IMG/VR virus record: IMGVR_UViG_3300042988_001200
Source of the DNA: a virus
Taxonomy: Duplodnaviria; Caudoviricetes
Strand: one strand, 5' to 3'
Length of the DNA stretch: 64,000 bases
The notes under the pieces are model-generated. The model had not been told where the DNA came from, ran no database searches, and was given only the letters and a program-made list of their open reading frames with translations. Of the stretch, positions 58,323 through 64,000 are shown in pieces (the stretch's first letter is position 1; every line of letters begins with the position of its first letter). The position numbers were made by a program, and so were the translations under genes.

Positions 58323-58819
58323 TTATAATTAACTTTATTCCTTTTATATAGATAATTATCCTTATCTTCCTCTGGATTAATAATCCTAAAACTATTTATG
58401 TTATCTATAAATATAAAGTCCCCATCTTTTATTACTGGATTTATAAAGACTTCTGAGTTTATTATCTCTTCTATTTCAAATTCTTTATATATATCTTTTA
58501 AATCATTAGAGGAAAACATAGCTTTATTCTTATTGCAATACTCCCCTCCTACATAAGAGATACCAATAAACTTCTCTATAACTTTATATAAATCATTAAA
58601 AGTTATAAAGACTAATATGTAATTACTTATATATTTATACTTAAAATATAGCTCTTGAAACTTATTAGAAAGATTATGAGTTCTATAGTGATTATCTCTA
58701 TCTGTAATCTCTAATACATCAATAGATAAACTTATATCCTTCCTCTTTAATTTAGTAAAGAGAATAATAATGTCATCTTTAATAACCTTATATACATCTA
58801 TATAGACTCTAGATAACAT
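58319..58819 (-). CDS. NPEE-motif paralog family member
   Basis: IINPEEDKDNYLY. Confidence 0.7.
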   Translation of the reverse strand: MLSRVYIDVYKVIKDDIIILFTKLKRKDISLSIDVLEITDRDNHYRTHNLSNKFQELYFKYKYISNYILVFITFNDLYKVIEKFIGISYVGGEYCNKNKAMFSSNDLKDIYKEFEIEEIINSEVFINPVIKDGDFIFIDNINSFRIINPEEDKDNYLYKRNKVNYK

Positions 58820-58846
58820 ATAATATATCTAGTTGAATGCTTCTAG

Positions 58847-59263
58847 TTGATTATGGAAAACATTGAACATAATACAGCACTAGCTATAACCCATCAACAG
58901 GGTTATGTCTATTTAATTAAGGCTCAGGGTTCTAACCCAAGTAGATTTAAGATAGGTAGAACTAATAATGTAGAGAGAAGGTTAAAGGAAATAGCTACAT
59001 GTGGCCCTTACCCATTGAAGATAGTAGACTATTTCCATACAAATAATTGTGTGTCTGCTGAGAAACAGTTACATGAAAAGATGGGTCAATATAGAGTATG
59101 GGGGGAGTGGTTTCTCCTTCCATACAAATATGAAATTAACTTAGATTGGTTCTTTATTGAACTTAAACCTAAGTTATATACCCTTAAATCTATGGATTTT
59201 ATTAATAAAGAGTGTACCTCTTATAAAGAATATGAGGCTTTAATTAATGAGTTACCCTTTTGA
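58847..59263 (+). CDS. GIY-YIG superfamily (T5orf172/MUG113-like) protein
   Basis: GYVYLI...FKIGRT..VERRL...EKQLH...R..GEWF. Confidence 0.85.
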   Translation: MIMENIEHNTALAITHQQGYVYLIKAQGSNPSRFKIGRTNNVERRLKEIATCGPYPLKIVDYFHTNNCVSAEKQLHEKMGQYRVWGEWFLLPYKYEINLDWFFIELKPKLYTLKSMDFINKECTSYKEYEALINELPF

Positions 59264-59266
59264 GGA

Positions 59267-59495
59267 TTATACTGAAGGATAAAACAATAAGGAAATAATT
59301 ATTCCACCCTCTTCTTTATTGGTTTCAATCTTATAATTATAACCTCTATACTCTATATTTAAAGGTAATTCATCCTCTGTAATATCTTCTTCATCTAAAT
59401 CTTTTTTTTGCCTCTTCTAAAGTTTCCTCGGCTACTTTATAATTAATTTCCTCTCTAATAAGATTTTCAATACTCTCTTTTGTTTGGGAATTCAT
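59267..59495 (-). pseudogene. Frameshifted small gene (A8 tract at 59402-59409)
   Basis: 34-aa frame joins a +1 frame DLDEED...IEYRGYNYKIE...YPSV* across GC-A8-GAT. Confidence 0.5.
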
Positions 59496-59713
59496 AAACC
59501 CTTCCTTTTGTTATATATATATAAGTGTTGAGGTACTCTATTTAACTCTATACAATTAACTAAGTATTCTTCTACAGCTTGTCTAAACTTATAATTAAAG
59601 TCCTCTATATTACTAGCTTGAAAAGTGTAATCCTCATTTAAAAGAGTAATATTACCTTCTATTCCATCTTCTTTATAGATTAAATTAACACTGTAACCTT
59701 TATATTTATACAT
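59492..59713 (-). CDS. HicB-like antitoxin domain protein (orphan)
   Basis: MYKYKGY...G...TFQA..IED...F..AVEEYL..C. Confidence 0.75.
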   Translation of the reverse strand: MYKYKGYSVNLIYKEDGIEGNITLLNEDYTFQASNIEDFNYKFRQAVEEYLVNCIELNRVPQHLYIYNKRKGL

Positions 59714-59715
59714 AA

Positions 59716-60549
59716 TTATTCTATCAATTTATATAAAAGGTCATCTGGATTTGACTCTTCTGAATTTATAATTAAGAGCTTAAGATTATTAGAGTTGTTA
59801 ACTAATAAATCAAACTGACTATAATCTACATTATTAAGACTAAATCCTAAGTCTAAGTTTGTTATTAATTCTATATTAATATCCTTACTTATTTCTCCCC
59901 AAGTCTGGATTAAATCTTCTTGAGGTTCTATTATATATACTAATCTTGCACTTATTTCTTTATCAATAGCTAATGCACAAAGATAATTCTTTAACTTATA
60001 TAAAGAATTGGATTCCTTCTTATAAACTTTTATAAACCCAGTGGGTATAATATAACCGCTAGTATAAGATTTATTATATAAAGAAAAGAAATTATTAGGT
60101 ATTGTTAAAGGATTAAATTTCTTTAACTGCTCTTCTAGATAACTTTTATATTCTTTATTCTCTAAATTTAAACTGAAAGAAAAGGTGTTAGGAACATTAT
60201 CTTGATAAAAAAGAGACTCTATTATAAAATAATTAATACCATTAGTAGAATATAATTCTATATTCTCTTTAAACAAAACTCTTATTTCATAACCTATATC
60301 TCTATCCTTTAGAGTTATATAAATCTTTACTTTATTATCTGAATAAGCTAGAAAGGGGTTATTGTATTTATAAATAGTTTCATATTTAACCTTTTTCTCT
60401 TCATTATCTTTTTTAATAACAATATGAAACTCTACTTTATCTTCATTATCTTTAACTTTATCTACTGATATAAACAAGTTAGGCTTATTTATTTGACGAC
60501 AAATGCTTATGTTTTTAATTATTAACTGCTTTTCTATCTCTATTTTCAT
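59716..60549 (-). CDS. NPEE-motif paralog family member
   Basis: IPTGFIKVY...LYK; IINSEESNPDDLLY. Confidence 0.7.
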   Translation of the reverse strand: MKIEIEKQLIIKNISICRQINKPNLFISVDKVKDNEDKVEFHIVIKKDNEEKKVKYETIYKYNNPFLAYSDNKVKIYITLKDRDIGYEIRVLFKENIELYSTNGINYFIIESLFYQDNVPNTFSFSLNLENKEYKSYLEEQLKKFNPLTIPNNFFSLYNKSYTSGYIIPTGFIKVYKKESNSLYKLKNYLCALAIDKEISARLVYIIEPQEDLIQTWGEISKDINIELITNLDLGFSLNNVDYSQFDLLVNNSNNLKLLIINSEESNPDDLLYKLIE

Positions 60550-60613
60550 TGTTATATAAATTCATATAAGTAATTATCCTCCATAATTATTTATATTCCC
60601 ATATCTAATATTT

Positions 60614-61063
60614 TTAATCTACTAATACATATAAGTAATTATCTGGATTTGACTCTTCTGGATTTACCAGTTTAAATAAGAAGTCCTTATTACTTTTCCT
60701 TATTATCCATTTACCAGAGTAACTATTACTACAGGGATATTTATCATGTAAATGAACATTAATATTATCCCATAACGGGAAAGGGCTAGTAGTTAATACT
60801 AAGCCTATATCAATAAATAATTCTTCTTTATTTATTAATAGACAAGAATAATAGGTCTTTTCTTTATATAAGTTAGTTACTCTTTCATATATTTCTACAC
60901 AGCCTGTAGGAATTAATATTGGTTTCTTAATAATACTTAGAGGAAAACTATTTAATTCCTTTAACTCTTTACAGTCTTCTTTTAATCTTATTACAAAAGT
61001 TTTTTGATTTCCAAAAGAGAATTCATAAGTATAAAATATATCTTTATATTTAAAGTAATTCAT
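60614..61063 (-). CDS. NPEE-motif paralog (core domain only)
   Basis: IPTGCVEIYER..NLYK; LVNPEESNPDNYLY. Confidence 0.75.
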   Translation of the reverse strand: MNYFKYKDIFYTYEFSFGNQKTFVIRLKEDCKELKELNSFPLSIIKKPILIPTGCVEIYERVTNLYKEKTYYSCLLINKEELFIDIGLVLTTSPFPLWDNINVHLHDKYPCSNSYSGKWIIRKSNKDFLFKLVNPEESNPDNYLYVLVD

Positions 61064-61535
61064 CTATTAATACATATAAGTAATCATCTGGGTTTAATTC
61101 CTCTGGATTTACCAGTTTAAACAAATAGCAACTATCACTTTTTCTTATTATCTTTTTATCAAAATAAGTTTTATTACAGGGATATTTATCTTGTAAATTA
61201 ATATTAAGACCTTCCCATGAAGGGAAGTTATGTGTTTCCTTATTAATTAGGATTAAACTTATATATATAAAAGGTAGAAAGAAGTCAAAGTCCTGTGGAA
61301 TTATTAGTAAACAAGAATAATAAGTTCTCTCTTTATATAAGTTATCTGTCACTCTTTCATATACTTTTATTACTCCTGTAGGAATAAATAAATCCTTACT
61401 AATCTCAAAGGGGATATTATCTATTAAGTTATAAAACTCTGTATAGTCTTCTTTTAGTTTTATAACTTCATATTCTTTAATTTCTATATCCTTGTGATAT
61501 ATACAATCAATATCCTTATATTTAAAATAGTTCAT
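61050..61535 (-). CDS. NPEE-motif paralog (recent tandem duplicate of 60614-61063)
   Basis: Same MNYFKYKDI start; LVNPEELNPDDYLY. Confidence 0.75.
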   Translation of the reverse strand: MNYFKYKDIDCIYHKDIEIKEYEVIKLKEDYTEFYNLIDNIPFEISKDLFIPTGVIKVYERVTDNLYKERTYYSCLLIIPQDFDFFLPFIYISLILINKETHNFPSWEGLNINLQDKYPCNKTYFDKKIIRKSDSCYLFKLVNPEELNPDDYLYVLIDELL

Positions 61536-62339
61536 TTACTTAGAGATTAAATCATAGATATAATTCTCAGGTTTACACTCTTATGGATTAAGAATCTTAA
61601 CTTTATATAAAAAAGGTGCAATATTAGTTGGTATAATCTCATTACTATAAGGAATTAAAGGTTTATTAAGATAAGTTTTATAGGATTCATATATATCCTC
61701 TAGATATATCTGTACTCCTATCTCTTCAAATAAGGCTAGGTCATTAGTATTAGTTATTGGAGTTAAACTAAGTTTACATCCATATTTCTCATATAGTGAT
61801 TCTCTAATTCTAATATAAAAACTACTTATAACTAATAAATACTTATGTATTTTATAGTAACTTCCATGATTTACAAAATATTCCATTACACCATTAGGGA
61901 TTAAACAGTTATTTTTATTGTCTCCTAATGGAAAATTAATAATGCCATCTAATAAATAACCTTCATAAGATTCAATTCTACAAAGAGAATACTTAGGGGG
62001 GAAAGTAAAATGTTTAATACTATTTTTATTTTCTTCTAAGATTAAATCTCTATTATATATAATAATTAGTGCTAATTTATCATCATGTAAATATCCTTTT
62101 ATAAAAATAAAGTCATTAGTAAATATATCTTTTATGTTTAATTTATATAGTTCTCTATTTAATTTATACTTTAAAAGGTCATTATTATTTCTTAATATCC
62201 TTAAATCTATATTATAGGTATAAGGATAGGAAACGGAAACTCTAGATTCTTTCTCTACATATAAATAGATATAAAGATTATGTAAATAAATCTCTCTCTT
62301 CTTATTAAGACCTATACTATCTTCAAATTGAACCCACAT
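61536..62339 (-). pseudogene. NPEE-motif paralog with premature TAA (61581-61583) inside the motif
   Basis: KILNP*(TAA)ECKPENYIYDLISK*; final stop abuts the next ATG. Confidence 0.7.
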
Positions 62340-62349
62340 TTAATTCTCC

Positions 62350-63231
62350 TTAAGAAGTAGTTGGAATGAAATATAAGTAATCATTAGGGTCTGATTCCTC
62401 TGGATTACTTATCTTGAAATCACATCTTTTATTTAATAAAGGGTTATAAATACAACGTTTAATAGTATCTAATACATAAGTAAACTCTGTATTATCTAGA
62501 CAGTTCATCCAATTATTAATAAGGTTTTCTTGTGGTTTTATTAGATAAATATGAGAAGTGAAGCATCTATTAGAGTGTTTAATAAACCTTTTTGCTTTTA
62601 AATATTGAGTTAGTTTATATAGATTATTACTTCCAATAACCTTTTCATATACATTAACTAACCCATTAGGAACTATAAAATGGTTATCATTAAATTCTGC
62701 ATGATGGCTATCATAGGGTACACTTATCAACTCTTTGTTAAAACTACTACAATCCTCTTTCATTTCAAAGAGATAACTATTAACTAAATCAATAAAATCT
62801 TTAGAGTGAAAGTAATATATAAACCCCTCTTCTACTGGAACTTTATGCAGAAAGAGGTTTACTTTATACTCTATTACAGCATAAAGGGTATCACTATCTA
62901 CTAGTCTCTCTATAAAGATATTTACTTTATCTTCTGAATAAACACAGAGTTTAGACCCCGGTTTCACAAGGATTTCATCTATATTAGATAAACCTAGTGT
63001 ATATTTAAAGTGTTTATATTTAGAAGTAAAGCCTACTGTATCTGTTTTTATAGTACCCTCTACTATAACTTCATTAGGTCTATATAAGAGTTGTATATCT
63101 ACAGTTAATTCTTTAGTTATAAGAAACATTTCCCATTTATATAAGGAATAAGTGGCTACATCTATAAGTTTAGCCCTAAGCGTACCTGTAATACTCTTAT
63201 CAACTTCTATTTCTATCATTGTCTTAACCAT
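62350..63231 (-). CDS. NPEE-motif paralog family member
   Basis: VPNGLVNVYEK...NLYK; ISNPEESDPNDYLY. Confidence 0.7.
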   Translation of the reverse strand: MVKTMIEIEVDKSITGTLRAKLIDVATYSLYKWEMFLITKELTVDIQLLYRPNEVIVEGTIKTDTVGFTSKYKHFKYTLGLSNIDEILVKPGSKLCVYSEDKVNIFIERLVDSDTLYAVIEYKVNLFLHKVPVEEGFIYYFHSKDFIDLVNSYLFEMKEDCSSFNKELISVPYDSHHAEFNDNHFIVPNGLVNVYEKVIGSNNLYKLTQYLKAKRFIKHSNRCFTSHIYLIKPQENLINNWMNCLDNTEFTYVLDTIKRCIYNPLLNKRCDFKISNPEESDPNDYLYFIPTTS

Positions 63232-63655
63232 TCAGTTGAAAGGAGACTAACTTAATTAATTGATTAACTTCTTTAAAAAAAGCCTTTCTAGAAATAGAAG
63301 TATTTATACTATTCTTATAGTGAATATAGTCAGAAGAGGTAGACTCAACCTCTAGTCTAACCTCCGTATTATTTCTATATAGCCGGATTAAGGGCCATAT
63401 ATAACCATTACCACATGAGGGTAACTCATGTCTCATTCTCCAATTAATAGAGGGATAAATAGGTTTACGCTCATAAAGTATAAATATAGAGGAGTCAACT
63501 AACCATTCTACAAGAGGTTTAACCGAGACTACAATACTAGGAGATGTCTCTTTAGTTACACTATTATAGTTCTCTGTTACAATAACTCCACCTATTTCTA
63601 TAATTAATCTAACTAGATTAGTATCAACCCAATCTACTTTAAATATATTACTCAT
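63224..63655 (-). CDS. Hypothetical protein
   Basis: 143-aa ORF; W..RH.L...G.GYIWP. Confidence 0.6.
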   Translation of the reverse strand: MSNIFKVDWVDTNLVRLIIEIGGVIVTENYNSVTKETSPSIVVSVKPLVEWLVDSSIFILYERKPIYPSINWRMRHELPSCGNGYIWPLIRLYRNNTEVRLEVESTSSDYIHYKNSINTSISRKAFFKEVNQLIKLVSFQLNG

Positions 63656-63709
63656 ATAGTTCTAATGAATATCTACTTATAAAAGGACTTTAAAACTTCA
63701 ATTAAACTA

Positions 63710-63976
63710 CTAATCTAACACTGTATTCTTAAGAGTTAGATATATTTGTTTAGCACTTTCTCCTCTAACATTACCTAATAGAAAGTAGTTATTATCTACT
63801 AACTCTGTATTTGGGTAGGAATCTATAGAGAGAATTAGGTAGATATAATTAGACTTTGATTTATTGTTCTTACAGAATAAGTAGTATTCATTACTACCAT
63901 CTTGAAGGTTTAATAGACTTTGTGAATGTAAAAGTTTATGGGATTTAAATATATATCCTTGCATTAGATTAACCAA
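63710..63976 (-). CDS. Hypothetical protein
   Basis: 88-aa ORF; ATG start likely at 63964. Confidence 0.5.
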   Translation of the reverse strand: MVNLMQGYIFKSHKLLHSQSLLNLQDGSNEYYLFCKNNKSKSNYIYLILSIDSYPNTELVDNNYFLLGNVRGESAKQIYLTLKNTVLD

Positions 63977-64000
63977 TCATTATCTAGAGTGTCAATAAAA

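Noticed and set aside
54481-63231. Diversity-generating retroelement as the source of paralog variability
   Set aside because: No reverse transcriptase in the window, and no near-identical TR/VR pair differing only at adenines was seen.
1-64000. Genome-wide TAG reassignment (code 15), suggested by abundant TAG trinucleotides
   Set aside because: Long genes (nrdJ, ileS, clpC, 1652-aa fibre) are intact in the standard code, and TAG is clearly terminal in convergent genes (9138-9145, 10521) and before TGA at 29270.

Overview
A 64-kb segment of a large, very AT-rich, densely coded dsDNA phage genome, mostly on the minus strand. It is almost certainly a cyanophage: it carries an hli gene absent from the ORF track, an NblA-like gene and bS21. 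No capsid, terminase or DNA polymerase gene was recognised, so the genome is much larger than this window. Contents: nucleotide supply (class II RNR, ThyX, dCMP-type deaminase, dNMP kinase, PduO-like, Nudix), DNA enzymes (UvrD-like and SF2 helicases, 5'-3' exonuclease), a sigma-70, translation and RNA repair (IleRS, bS21, Tpt1/KptA, macrodomain), a proteostasis kit (GroES, eroded GroEL, Hsp20, ClpC-type ATPase, PrsW, MoxR-AAA/VWA) and two large tail-fibre/RBP-like genes. Three things stand out. (1) A complete ubiquitin-like conjugation operon (E2-JAB-Ubl-E1) whose Ubl ends in Ala. (2) A single-chain tandem NblA plus a phage ClpC with a ClpP-docking LGF loop. (3) An array of ten divergent paralogs sharing a C-terminal domain that ends in hhNPEExxPxxYhY, one with the motif cut off by a nonsense codon; two more coding lesions lie in the same island. 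All family calls come from motif recognition by eye, not database searches.
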